From contig CALVOD010000002.1 of NCBI GenBank assembly GCA_944350065.1, forward strand, positions 1 through 50,921: 50,921 nucleotides of DNA, written 5' to 3'. A program made the translations under genes and the position numbers. The first letter of the stretch is position 1. Every line of letters begins with the position of its first letter. The stretch comes from an uncultured Clostridia bacterium. Its GTDB lineage: Bacteria > Bacillota > Clostridia > Christensenellales > DTU072. Below are positions 1 through 10,096 of this stretch, in pieces. The notes beneath the pieces were generated by a model, which saw only the letters and a program-made list of their open reading frames with translations, was not told where the DNA came from and searched no databases.

Positions 1-1376
<1,376 letters not shown>

Positions 1377-1398
1377 TTATTCCTTTTAAGGAAAATAT

Positions 1399-3639
1399 TT
1401 ATTCTTTTTTCAACGTAAGCGGCGCGAGCGCGAGAATGAATTTCTTGACGCCGAGATTTGGGAAGGCGACCGTCGCGGTGGTATCGCTTCCGGAGCCGAG
1501 CACGACGAGAATCGTGCCCTCGCCGTAACGCGGATGCACTACTTTGGCGCCGCCTACGAAGCCGCTTAAATCTTTAGCGGGAACGGGCGCCGCCTGTTTT
1601 TTTGGGGCGGGCGCAGTTGCGGCGGAATGTCTTATCCTGCTCGCTTCCGAAACGGGCGAGCCCATGAAAGAAGGTCTGTCGCCCAATCCGTTCAGGTACC
1701 TTGCGCGCGCGCCGAAGGCGCCGTAAGAGTCCCCCGCGGAGCCCTTCGACTCCTCTATGAAACGCGAAGGCATCGAATATTCCACCCTATTGAAGCGGAA
1801 TCGGCGTTGCGCGTTGGTTATGTACAATCTTTCCTGCGCTCTGGTTATGGCGACGTACATAACGCGGCGTTCTTCCTCGACGTCGTTATTCTTGATAGCC
1901 TGCGCCGAAGGGAAAATTTCCTCCTCGCAAGCGACGATGAATACCACTTTGAATTCCAGTCCTTTGACCGCGTGCATGGTGGCGACGGTAATTTTGTCGT
2001 TATCGTCGAGCTCGTCGCTTCTTTCTCTTACGAGGCTCACGCTCTCGAGGAAATTATTCACGCTCGCGCCCTCGTTTTTCTCCTCGTATTCGCGCACGAA
2101 AGCAAGAAACTCCTTGATATTCTCCCAGCGCGAATAATCTTCTTCGTCACCGGAAGAAGTATAATATTGCTCGAATCCCACTCTGTCCACAAGATACTTG
2201 GTGAAAGCGTAAAGCGGCTCGGCGGAATGCGCGACGAGGTCGCTTACGAGCGCACGGAAATCCTCAACCTTTTTCACGACGCGCGGACCGAGTTCGCTCT
2301 CGTATTTGTTAATTTCGAGCATTACGTCGAAAAGCGACAACGCCTGTTGCCGCGCAAAAGCGCTTATGTTGTTGACGGTAACGTCGCCGATACCTCTTGC
2401 GGGGAAGTTGACGATACGTTCTACTGCCTCGTTGTCGCGGCTGTTGGCGATCATGCGCATGTACGCCAAAACGTCCTGAATTTCTTTGCGGTCGAAGAAC
2501 TTGAAGCCGCCCAAAACCTTGTAAGCGAGGCGCGCTTCGCCGAGCTTCTGTTCAAAAAGTCTGGTAAGCGAATTGGCGCGCACGAGTATCGCGAAGTCGC
2601 TCGGACGGTATCCGTTATAGCGTATAAGGTATCCTATTTTGCTTACTACCCATTCGCTTTCGTCGTGGTCGCCGCTTGCGGACAAATACTCTACTCTGAC
2701 TCCTCCGGTACGCTTGGTGAACAGTTCTTTGCCGTGTCTTTGACTGTTGTTGCGTATCACGTTGTTGGCGCATTCGAGTATCGTAGAAGTTGAGCGGTAG
2801 TTTTCGGTCAGCTTGTATACTTTGGCGTCGGGGAACTCTTTGTCGAAATTGAGAATATTGCCTATCTCCGCTCCGCGCCAGCCGTAAATGCTCTGGTCGT
2901 CGTCGCCCACGACGAAGATGTTCCCGGAGTCCGCGGCTATCATTTTGACGAGTTCGTATTGAACTTTGTTCGTGTCCTGAAATTCGTCGACGTGCACGTA
3001 ACGGAAACGGTTGCGGCAGTAACCGATCGCCTCCGGGCTGTTCTCGAAAAGAAATTTCAATTTGTGCAGAAGGTCGTCGAAATCCATTGCGTTGGAGGTT
3101 ACGAGCAATTCCTCGTATCTTTCGAAAACCCTTCTTATGTCCTCGGCGTGTTCGTTGTCGCCGTTGATTTCCGCATAATATTCGTCGGGATTAAACCCGA
3201 AATTTTTAGCTTTACTTATGTGTTCGCGGACGCTGTCTTTAATGGCGGAGCCGTCTAGATGCAATTCGCGCAGCGCTTTGGTTATGACGCGCTTGCTGTC
3301 CGCCTCGTCGTATATCGAAAAATTCGCGCCGTAACCTATGTCCGAAGCGAATTTACGTAAAATGCGCGCCGCGAGCGAGTGGAAGGTGGATACCCACACT
3401 CCGTTGTTCTCTCCGAGAAGGACGTTAAGACGCTCTTTCATTTCCGCGGTGGCTTTATTAGTAAAAGTTATCGCGAGAATATTGTAGCCCGGCACGTGCT
3501 TTTCGCTGACGAGATACGCTACTCTGCGCGTTAATACCCTCGTCTTGCCGGAGCCCGCTCCGGCAAGCACGAGCACCGCGCCTTCGGTGTCCGTGACTAT
3601 TTCACGTTGTATTTCGTTAAGGTCGTCAAGTAAATTCAT
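1399..3639 (-). CDS. pcrA: ATP-dependent DNA helicase PcrA (UvrD family)
   Basis: Walker A AGAGSGKTRVLT, helicase motifs DEFQDTN and TMHAVKGLEF, and a C-terminal Tudor-like tail (VVHPRYGEGTIL). The tracked ORF starts at 3816, but residues before MNLLDDLNEIQ overlap dgt. The ATG at 3639 forms an ATGA overlap with the dgt stop; the ATG at 3654 is an alternative. Confidence 0.9.
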   Translation of the reverse strand: MNLLDDLNEIQREIVTDTEGAVLVLAGAGSGKTRVLTRRVAYLVSEKHVPGYNILAITFTNKATAEMKERLNVLLGENNGVWVSTFHSLAARILRKFASDIGYGANFSIYDEADSKRVITKALRELHLDGSAIKDSVREHISKAKNFGFNPDEYYAEINGDNEHAEDIRRVFERYEELLVTSNAMDFDDLLHKLKFLFENSPEAIGYCRNRFRYVHVDEFQDTNKVQYELVKMIAADSGNIFVVGDDDQSIYGWRGAEIGNILNFDKEFPDAKVYKLTENYRSTSTILECANNVIRNNSQRHGKELFTKRTGGVRVEYLSASGDHDESEWVVSKIGYLIRYNGYRPSDFAILVRANSLTRLFEQKLGEARLAYKVLGGFKFFDRKEIQDVLAYMRMIANSRDNEAVERIVNFPARGIGDVTVNNISAFARQQALSLFDVMLEINKYESELGPRVVKKVEDFRALVSDLVAHSAEPLYAFTKYLVDRVGFEQYYTSSGDEEDYSRWENIKEFLAFVREYEEKNEGASVNNFLESVSLVRERSDELDDNDKITVATMHAVKGLEFKVVFIVACEEEIFPSAQAIKNNDVEEERRVMYVAITRAQERLYITNAQRRFRFNRVEYSMPSRFIEESKGSAGDSYGAFGARARYLNGLGDRPSFMGSPVSEASRIRHSAATAPAPKKQAAPVPAKDLSGFVGGAKVVHPRYGEGTILVVLGSGSDTTATVAFPNLGVKKFILALAPLTLKKE

Positions 3640-4625
3640 AATACGCTGTCCCATTTGTAGCCGAAATATTTTTCGAGCTGCTTTATCACGTAGGTGTCCG
3701 TCATCCCCGCCATATAATCGGTTATGTATACCTCGGGGCTCGAAGACAACGAACGGTAAAATTCGGGAACTTCCAAAGGATTCGCGCGGTAAAATTCGTA
3801 TAATTTGCTTAGCCATTCGCGAGCGCGTTCCTCTTCCTGAGAGGCGTGCTCCGCAAAATACACGCGTTCGAACATAAATTGACGCAATTCGTCGGTGGCT
3901 TCCTTGAATTCTTTAGACTGCTCCACGACGTCGCGATCAAGCGACATTCTTACGACGTCGCCTACCATACTGTTTATTTTGGCGCGCTTGCCTTTGCCGA
4001 GCACCTTTTCCACCGATGGCGGAAGGTCGTCTTCTTTCAACAGTCCCGCGCGAATACCGTCGTCTATATCGTGATTGAGGTATGCTATCCTGTCGCTCAA
4101 CGCGACGACTCTGCCTTCGAGCGTCTTGGGATTGCCGCTCTGCTTATGTTCGAGTATTCCGTCCAGCACTTCCGCGGTAAGATTGAGCCCTTTGCCCTCG
4201 TCTTCGAGCACCGTGACTACCCTCAGGCTCTGTTCGTTATGCTCGAAATGCCCCGTTTCAGCGGCGAGAATACGCTCGCCTATGTGCCCGAACGGAGTAT
4301 GCCCGAGGTCGTGCCCGAAAGCTATGGCTTCTGTCAGATCCTCGTTGAGTTTCAGACACCTCGCGATCGTGCGCGCTATCTGCATGACCTCGATGGTGTG
4401 CGTCATGCGGGTACGGTAATGGTCGCCGGAAGGCGCGAGAAAAACTTGCGTCTTGTGCTTCAGCCTGCGAAAAGACTTGCTGTGGACTATGCGGTCGCGG
4501 TCCCGTTGAAATTCCGTCCTCAAAGGACACGGTTCCTCCCATACGGCTCGTCCCGCCGTCTCGGAAGACTTCACCGCGTAGGGTGAAAGGTATGCCGCTT
4601 CGAATTTAAGATAGTCCTCTTTCAT
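3636..4625 (-). CDS. dgt: HD-domain dNTP triphosphohydrolase, short dGTPase-like type
   Basis: Contains HSKSFRRLKHKTQVF, HYRTRMTHTIEV and GHDLGHTPFGH, which are typical of Dgt-like HD phosphohydrolases. Length is 329 aa. Confidence 0.8.
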   Translation of the reverse strand: MKEDYLKFEAAYLSPYAVKSSETAGRAVWEEPCPLRTEFQRDRDRIVHSKSFRRLKHKTQVFLAPSGDHYRTRMTHTIEVMQIARTIARCLKLNEDLTEAIAFGHDLGHTPFGHIGERILAAETGHFEHNEQSLRVVTVLEDEGKGLNLTAEVLDGILEHKQSGNPKTLEGRVVALSDRIAYLNHDIDDGIRAGLLKEDDLPPSVEKVLGKGKRAKINSMVGDVVRMSLDRDVVEQSKEFKEATDELRQFMFERVYFAEHASQEEERAREWLSKLYEFYRANPLEVPEFYRSLSSSPEVYITDYMAGMTDTYVIKQLEKYFGYKWDSVL

Positions 4626-4688
4626 ATTCTTTCCTCCGCTTTCGCGCGGGCGCTACGCGCCGCGTAAGAGCACCCCCGATTATAATTT

Positions 4689-4724
4689 CGGGGCTGTCTC
4701 AGGTTTTACGCCGAAACAGCCCCG
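4689..4724 (-). terminator. Hairpin downstream of ppdK; possible weak terminator
   Basis: A 9-bp GC-rich stem (CGGGGCTGT / ACAGCCCCG) with an 18-nt loop lies 40 nt after the ppdK stop. On the minus strand it has no good U-tract, so function is uncertain. Confidence 0.3.
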
Positions 4725-4763
4725 CGTTTTCAAAGGTAATTTACTTTAATGCTATCACCGGAA

Positions 4764-7382
4764 TTATTTATTCTTGATAGCCGCGTGAGCCGCCGCGAGT
4801 ATGGCGATCGGTACGCGGTAAGGCGAGCAGGATACGTAATTGAGTCCCACTTTGTGGCAGAATTCGATGGTCGAAGGATCTCCGCCGTGTTCGCCGCAGA
4901 TACCGAGTTTGATATTGGGACGAACGCTCTTGCCCTTCTCGACGGCGATTCTGACGAGTTCGCCTACGCCGGTCTGGTCGAGTCTTGCGAAGGGATCGGA
5001 TTCGAATATCTTCTTCGAATAATAATCTCCGAGGAACTTGCCCGCGTCGTCGCGGCTGAAGCCGAACGTCATCTGGGTAAGGTCGTTGGTACCGAAGCTG
5101 AAGAATTCCGCTTCTTTCGCAATCTGGTCGGCAGTGATCGCCGCGCGCGGAATCTCTATCATCGTTCCGACCATATATTCGACTTTGACGCCCTGCTCCG
5201 CCATAACGGCTTCGGCGGTATCGACGACAACCTTCTTGACGTAAGCAAGTTCTTTGACGTCGCCCACGAGCGGAATCATAATTTCGGCTTTGACGTTGCC
5301 GCCTTCTTTATTGACCGCGATGGCGGCTTCGATGACGGCACGGGTCTGCATCTCGGCGATCTCGGGATAAGTCACCGCGAGACGGCAGCCGCGATGTCCG
5401 AGCATCGGGTTCATCTCGTGCAGAGAATGTACGGTCTCGAGGAGCTGCTCGTAGGAAATGCCCATCTCTTTGGCAAGAGCGCGGATGTCCTCTTCCTTGC
5501 TGGGAAGGAACTCGTGGAGCGGCGGATCGAGGAAGCGGATGGTCACGGGATAGCCGTGAAGCGCTTTATAGATGCCGATGAAGTCCTGTCTCTGCATCGG
5601 GAGCAGTTTGGCGAGAGCGGCTTTGCGCTGTTCTACGGTGGAAGCGACGATCATCTCGCGCACTGCGGGAATTCTTTCCGCTTCGAAGAACATGTGCTCG
5701 GTACGGCAAAGACCTACGCCCTGCGCGCCGAAATCGTACGCCACGGAAGCGTCTCTCGGGTTGTCGGCGTTGGCGCGGACCTGCAGCTTGCGATACTTGT
5801 TGGCCCACTCCATAATGGTGGCGAAGTTGCCGGAGATCTCGGGCTTGACGGTGGGAATCGCGCCTACGTAAATGTTGCCGGTGGAGCCGTCGAGAGAAAT
5901 AACGTCCTCTCTGGTGAATTTCTTACCGGCGATGATGCAGACTTCGTTCTCCTCGTCGATTTCGACTGCGGCGCAACCGCATACGCAGCAAGCGCCCATA
6001 CCGCGGGCGACAACCGCCGCGTGAGAGGTCAGACCGCCGCGAGCGGTAAGTATGCCTTGCGCAGCCTGCATGCCTTCGATGTCCTCGGGCGAAGTCTCGA
6101 CTCTGACGAGAACCACTTTTTCACCCGCCTTGGCGCGTTCTTTCGCCTCGTCGGCGCTGAACGCTATTTTACCGCAAGCCGCTCCGGGAGAAGCGGGAAG
6201 TCCTGCCGCGATAGGCTCGGATTTCTTAAGAGCGCTCTTGTCGAAAGTGGGGTGCAGGAGGTCGTCAAGCTGTTTGGGCTCGATCTTGAGAAGCGCTTCT
6301 TCCTCGGTGCACAGTCCCTCTTTCACGAGGTCGACGGCGATGTTGATGGCCGCAAGAGCGGTACGCTTGCCGTTACGGGTCTGGAGCATATAAAGTTTGC
6401 CGCGTTCGATGGTGAATTCCATGTCCTGCATATCGTGGAAATAATTTTCGAGACGACCGCAGATGTCGAGGAACTGTTCGTAAACGGCGGGATTGGTCTG
6501 TTTAAGATGATCGATGGGCGATGGGGTACGGATGCCGGCAACGACGTCTTCGCCCTGCGCGTTCATAAGGAACTCGCCGTAAAGGTGTTTATCGCCGTTC
6601 GTGGGGCTTCTCGTAAACGCGACGCCCGTACCGGAAGTGTCTCCCATATTGCCGAATACCATCGACTGTACGTTGACGGCGGTACCCCAGTCTCCGGGGA
6701 TGTCGTTCATACGACGGTAAACGATGGCGCGGGGGTTATCCCAGCTGCGGAAAACGGCTTCGATAGCTCCGACGAGCTGCTTCTTGGGATCCTGCGGGAA
6801 ATCCTCTCCCATTTCGTTGCGGTAGAACTCTTTATATCTCGCGATGAGTTCCTGAAGGTCCTCCGCGGTGAATTCGGTATCCTGAACGATGCCCTTTTCT
6901 TTCTTGAGCTCGTCGATGACTTTTTCGAAGAAGTTTTTGCCTACGCCGACAACGACGTCGGAATACATCTGAATAAATCTGCGATAGCAGTCGTACGCAA
7001 AACGGGGGTTTTCGGTGAGTTTGGCAAGTCCTACGACGCTGACGTCGTTAAGACCGAGGTTGAGAACGGTGTCCATCATACCGGGCATCGAAGCTCTTGC
7101 GCCGCTTCTTACGGAAACGAGGAAGGGATTTTCGACGTCGCCGAAAGTCTTACCGGTCTCTTTCTCGAGCACGGCGAGTTTTTCGAAGACCTGGGCGAGG
7201 ATTTCGTCGTTGATCTTTTTGCCGTCCTTGTAATACTGGGTGCAAGCCTCGGTGGTAATGGTAAGTCCGGGGGGCACGGGCATACCGAGTTTGGTCATCT
7301 CGGCGAGGTTCGCGCCTTTGCCGCCGAATTTGGCTTTGTCTTTACCGTCGGCTTCTCTGAACAAGTAAACGAACTGTGTCAT
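4764..7382 (-). CDS. ppdK: Pyruvate, phosphate dikinase
   Basis: 872 aa counted from MTQFVYLFREADGKDKAKFGGKGANLAEM, with GGLTSHAAVVARGMG (catalytic His loop) and a C-terminal PEP-utilising TIM barrel. AGGAG lies 8 nt upstream of the ATG at 7382. The tracked start at 7616 adds a low-complexity leader that overlaps terminators. Confidence 0.93.
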   Translation of the reverse strand: MTQFVYLFREADGKDKAKFGGKGANLAEMTKLGMPVPPGLTITTEACTQYYKDGKKINDEILAQVFEKLAVLEKETGKTFGDVENPFLVSVRSGARASMPGMMDTVLNLGLNDVSVVGLAKLTENPRFAYDCYRRFIQMYSDVVVGVGKNFFEKVIDELKKEKGIVQDTEFTAEDLQELIARYKEFYRNEMGEDFPQDPKKQLVGAIEAVFRSWDNPRAIVYRRMNDIPGDWGTAVNVQSMVFGNMGDTSGTGVAFTRSPTNGDKHLYGEFLMNAQGEDVVAGIRTPSPIDHLKQTNPAVYEQFLDICGRLENYFHDMQDMEFTIERGKLYMLQTRNGKRTALAAINIAVDLVKEGLCTEEEALLKIEPKQLDDLLHPTFDKSALKKSEPIAAGLPASPGAACGKIAFSADEAKERAKAGEKVVLVRVETSPEDIEGMQAAQGILTARGGLTSHAAVVARGMGACCVCGCAAVEIDEENEVCIIAGKKFTREDVISLDGSTGNIYVGAIPTVKPEISGNFATIMEWANKYRKLQVRANADNPRDASVAYDFGAQGVGLCRTEHMFFEAERIPAVREMIVASTVEQRKAALAKLLPMQRQDFIGIYKALHGYPVTIRFLDPPLHEFLPSKEEDIRALAKEMGISYEQLLETVHSLHEMNPMLGHRGCRLAVTYPEIAEMQTRAVIEAAIAVNKEGGNVKAEIMIPLVGDVKELAYVKKVVVDTAEAVMAEQGVKVEYMVGTMIEIPRAAITADQIAKEAEFFSFGTNDLTQMTFGFSRDDAGKFLGDYYSKKIFESDPFARLDQTGVGELVRIAVEKGKSVRPNIKLGICGEHGGDPSTIEFCHKVGLNYVSCSPYRVPIAILAAAHAAIKNK

Positions 7383-7428
7383 AAAGTAATCTCCTGTGAA
7401 ACTTATTATTATATTGTTTAGCGCTAAT

Positions 7429-7457
7429 ATTATATCCGAAACGGAGCCGCTAATCAA
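7429..7457 (-). promoter_or_regulatory. Sigma-A-type promoter for ppdK
   Basis: The minus strand reads TTGATT, a 17-nt spacer, then TATAAT, with an AT-rich UP-like tract upstream. It sits about 45 nt upstream of the ppdK ATG. Confidence 0.5.
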
Positions 7458-7542
7458 GTAATTTGAATATTTATAATAAATTTTCACGCGCACGACCGCA
7501 CGGGTGCGCGGCGGCGAAACATATTTATAGTGGATTGACGGT

Positions 7543-7571
7543 GAAAAACGCTTCGCCGAAGCGTAAAAAAA
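7543..7571 (-). terminator. Rho-independent terminator after recO (second of two)
   Basis: Stem ACGCTTC / GAAGCGT with a 3-nt loop. It is flanked by an A-run and a T-run, so it is bidirectional in form. On the minus strand it is followed by TTTTTC. Confidence 0.55.
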
Positions 7572-7591
7572 TATTAAGTACGAAAAAACCG

Positions 7592-7613
7592 TCAAAAATC
7601 CGACGATCGGATT
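7592..7613 (-). terminator. Hairpin abutting the recO stop codon
   Basis: The minus strand reads TGA-ATCCGA-TCG-TCGGAT followed by TTTTGACGGTTTTTT. The stem is short and AU-containing. Confidence 0.4.
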
Positions 7614-8263
7614 CAACGGTTTTCGTTGATGAGACGTATTGCGGCTTCGAGGGCGCGGAGGGTTTCTCCGGAGCGCACGCGATAAATAAGCCCGATATGA
7701 GTGAGCGCGCGGACAAGGTCCGTAAGAGTCAGCTCGACGGAATCGAGGTCCTCGAACGGCGCGTCTTCGAGCGCCGCGAAAGCGGAGCGCACGTCGTGCG
7801 GAAGCGAAACGAATTCGTCCGCGTCGATACCCACGCAGGGCATTAGGCGCAGAAGAAAGGCGGCGGCGTACACGTAGGGATACCCCTCTCCGCCGTCGAT
7901 ACAGTACAGCGCGCGGAGCGCAAGCGCGAGCTCGTCGGAAGCGCTTACTCCGTTCTCGGTAAATTTGTCGAGGGCTTCAGTCACCGTCTGCGCGGCGCAA
8001 TTTTTATCCACGTCGGACCAGCAACCGAAAAAATTACTCTCGGGCGAAGCGCCTATCACGGTATAATGTCCCGCCTTCGCGTTGAGTATGTATTCTCCGA
8101 AACAAAGCGGCGAAGCACAGACCTTTAATTTTGACTTTGGGGTCCTTACCGACTTTATTCGGGCGACGATCTTGCCGTATTCCGGAGTTACGAGAACGAG
8201 CAATCTGTCCTTCTCGCCGTAGTCCGTCGCCGTAAGGCAAAGCGCTTTAGTCTTTATCTCCAT
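7613..8263 (-). CDS. recO: DNA repair protein RecO
   Basis: N-terminal OB-fold pattern MEIKTKALCLTATDYGEKDRLLVLVTPEYGKI...SKL. Length is 216 aa. It lies downstream of era, as in the conserved Firmicute cluster. GGGGAGG lies upstream of the ATG. Confidence 0.88.
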   Translation of the reverse strand: MEIKTKALCLTATDYGEKDRLLVLVTPEYGKIVARIKSVRTPKSKLKVCASPLCFGEYILNAKAGHYTVIGASPESNFFGCWSDVDKNCAAQTVTEALDKFTENGVSASDELALALRALYCIDGGEGYPYVYAAAFLLRLMPCVGIDADEFVSLPHDVRSAFAALEDAPFEDLDSVELTLTDLVRALTHIGLIYRVRSGETLRALEAAIRLINENR

Positions 8264-8393
8264 CGGTGGTTTTTCCTCCCCTCTTACGCTTCAGCGCGGA
8301 GTAGAGCATATAGTATCCTATGTCGCCGCTCGAGCGGAAAGCGGCATGAAGAAGTTTGTCTATCGGTTCACCCGTTTCGATACGTTCGTCCAT
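8247..8393 (-). CDS. YqzL-like small protein (48 aa); not in the ORF track
   Basis: My own translation is MDERIETGEPIDKLLHAAFRSSGDIGYYMLYSALKRKRGGKTTDGDKD. It occupies the otherwise unexplained 226-nt era-recO gap, the position of yqzL in Bacillus subtilis. It carries the F..(S/T)G(D/N)I..Y(L/M)L core I recall for that family. It overlaps the recO start by 17 nt. Confidence 0.5.
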   Translation of the reverse strand: MDERIETGEPIDKLLHAAFRSSGDIGYYMLYSALKRKRGGKTTDGDKD

Positions 8394-8489
8394 ACCCGAA
8401 GTATGTCCCCGCGCCCAAGGTTTATGCGCAAATCGCCCGCATTGTTTTCGCGTTGCGTAACTTTTCGCGCGTCGCAGAAAAGGCGCGCT

Positions 8490-9965
8490 TCAGGAATCCT
8501 TCTTCACGTCGTAGCCGAGGTTGTTGAGCAATACCGTATCGTCGCGCCAATCCTCTTTCACGCGCACCCACAACGTAAGGAATATCTTCGAGCCAGTCAT
8601 TTTCTCGAGATCCTCTCTCGCATATTCCGCTATCCGCTTGATCATGGAGCCGCCTTTCCCGAGCACTATAGGCTTATGCGCCGCCTTCTGCACTATCACG
8701 TCGGCGTCTATGTCCAGTATCCCGTTGGCGCGGTATTCGTATTTGTTGACGGATACGGCGATACCGTAAGGTATCTCCTGATCGAGCAACCTCAACGCCT
8801 TCTCGCGCACTATTTCGGAAGTCATGAAACGCATATTCCTGTCCGTGTACTGATCGTCCGGATACAGTTTGGGTCCGTACGGCATGAATTTCGCCGTTTC
8901 CTCTATGAGTACGTCAATGTTCTTTTCTTTCAGCGCGGATACCGGTACGACGGCTTTTATTCCTTCTATGGCGTTGAGTTTAACGAGTATCTCCGCCACC
9001 TTTTCCTTGCTTACCCTGTCCACCTTGTTGACAGCCACTACGGTATTGTTGCCTGCGCGCGTCAGCGCGGAAATTCTCGCGTCGTCCTCCTCGTCGAACC
9101 CTTTCTCCGCGTCTACCACGTATATCGCCGCGTCTACGCCTTCCATCGCGTTTTTCACCGATTTCATCATGAAATCGCCCAATTTGTTCTTAGGTTTATG
9201 GATACCGGGCGTATCCGCGAACGCAATCTGCAATGCGGGCGCGTTGTATACCCCTATTATGCGGTTGCGCGTGGTCTGCGGCTTCCAGCTCACTATAGCC
9301 ACCTTTTCGCCCACTATGGCGTTGATGAGAGTAGATTTGCCGGCGTTTGGTCTGCCGAGTATCACGGCGACTCCGGAGCGCTCCGCAACGCTTGCGGAAC
9401 CTCCCGTAACTTCTTCCGCTTCGCATTCGCTACCGTCGTCGTATTCTTCGTCCGCTTCGTCCGAAAAAGCGTCCTCCGCCGTCAGTCCGTCCTCGTAATC
9501 GCGGGTAATTCCCGCCGATTCGAGTATTTCGTCCTGTAATTTTTCCATTTCGAGCCGCTGCGCTTCTTCTTCGTGGTCGAAGCCGAGCAGATGAAGCATT
9601 CCGTGAACGCTCAAAAACGCCACTTCGCGGGAAAACGAATGTCCGTATTCCGCCGCTTGCGCGAAGGCGCGTTCCGGACAAACGTATATTTCTCCGAGCA
9701 TTACCGCGCCCGTTTCGGGATTGCGGTCGTCGGGATAATTTTCGGGATCGAAGGGAAGTTTCGCTTCGAGTGCCGGGAAACTCAATACGTCGGTCACCGC
9801 GTCCACTCCGCGCGTTTCCGCATTGACCTCGCGCATGCGCTCCGCGTCGATGAAACCTATCTCCGCTTCCACGCTTTCCGCGTCTATACCGAAACGCCCG
9901 AGGGCGCCGTTTACAGATTTAACGATGATATTGCCGAATTTGCCGGCGTCATAAATATTTATCAT
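8490..9965 (-). CDS. ybeY/era: Fusion protein: endoribonuclease YbeY (N-terminal) plus GTPase Era (C-terminal)
   Basis: One uninterrupted 491-codon ORF. Residues 1 to about 152 carry TDVLSFP and the metal motif HGMLHLLGFDH (YbeY). Residues about 153 to 196 form an acidic linker (DEADEEYDDGSECEAEE). The rest is a complete Era: GRPNAGKST, DTPG, NKVD and a KH domain (VLGKGGSMIKRI). Confidence 0.85.
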   Translation of the reverse strand: MINIYDAGKFGNIIVKSVNGALGRFGIDAESVEAEIGFIDAERMREVNAETRGVDAVTDVLSFPALEAKLPFDPENYPDDRNPETGAVMLGEIYVCPERAFAQAAEYGHSFSREVAFLSVHGMLHLLGFDHEEEAQRLEMEKLQDEILESAGITRDYEDGLTAEDAFSDEADEEYDDGSECEAEEVTGGSASVAERSGVAVILGRPNAGKSTLINAIVGEKVAIVSWKPQTTRNRIIGVYNAPALQIAFADTPGIHKPKNKLGDFMMKSVKNAMEGVDAAIYVVDAEKGFDEEDDARISALTRAGNNTVVAVNKVDRVSKEKVAEILVKLNAIEGIKAVVPVSALKEKNIDVLIEETAKFMPYGPKLYPDDQYTDRNMRFMTSEIVREKALRLLDQEIPYGIAVSVNKYEYRANGILDIDADVIVQKAAHKPIVLGKGGSMIKRIAEYAREDLEKMTGSKIFLTLWVRVKEDWRDDTVLLNNLGYDVKKDS

Positions 9966-10096
9966 ATAAAATTGGTCCGAAAGTATTTTGATTTTATTTT
10001 ATCCTAAACCTTCGAACGCGAGTCGAACTCGCGCTCTCCGGTGCGTTTCGCGCGCCTCTCGGCTTCGCTTTTAAGCCGCGCGGGAAGTCTTTATCC

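Noticed and set aside
4749-7421. An 890-codon plus-strand ORF spanning the whole ppdK locus.
   Set aside because: It is the codon-aligned antisense frame of ppdK: 7380-7382 is a codon in both. Stops in that frame arise only from sense TTA, CTA or TCA codons, which this genome evidently avoids. The translation is Arg/Phe/Val/Gly-rich with no recognisable motif. It is a shadow ORF. The same explanation fits 1627-2793, 8346-9539, 10165-11634, 18140-19141, 21650-22960, 31290-32255, 35409-36641, 43843-44766 and 46807-47925.
9360-9370. An internal GTG (Val201) preceded by GGAG, which could give separate translation of Era.
   Set aside because: Starting there would delete the first beta-strand preceding the G1 motif, leaving only 3 residues before GRPNAGKS. 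No stop separates it from YbeY, so fusion remains the simplest reading.
10005-10040. GAAC- and GTTC-containing inverted repeats that might be a LexA (Cheo) box upstream of ybeY-era.
   Set aside because: The spacing does not fit GAAC-N4-GTTC. The repeats form a simple GC hairpin (CGCGAG/CTCGCG), more consistent with a weak terminator or attenuator.
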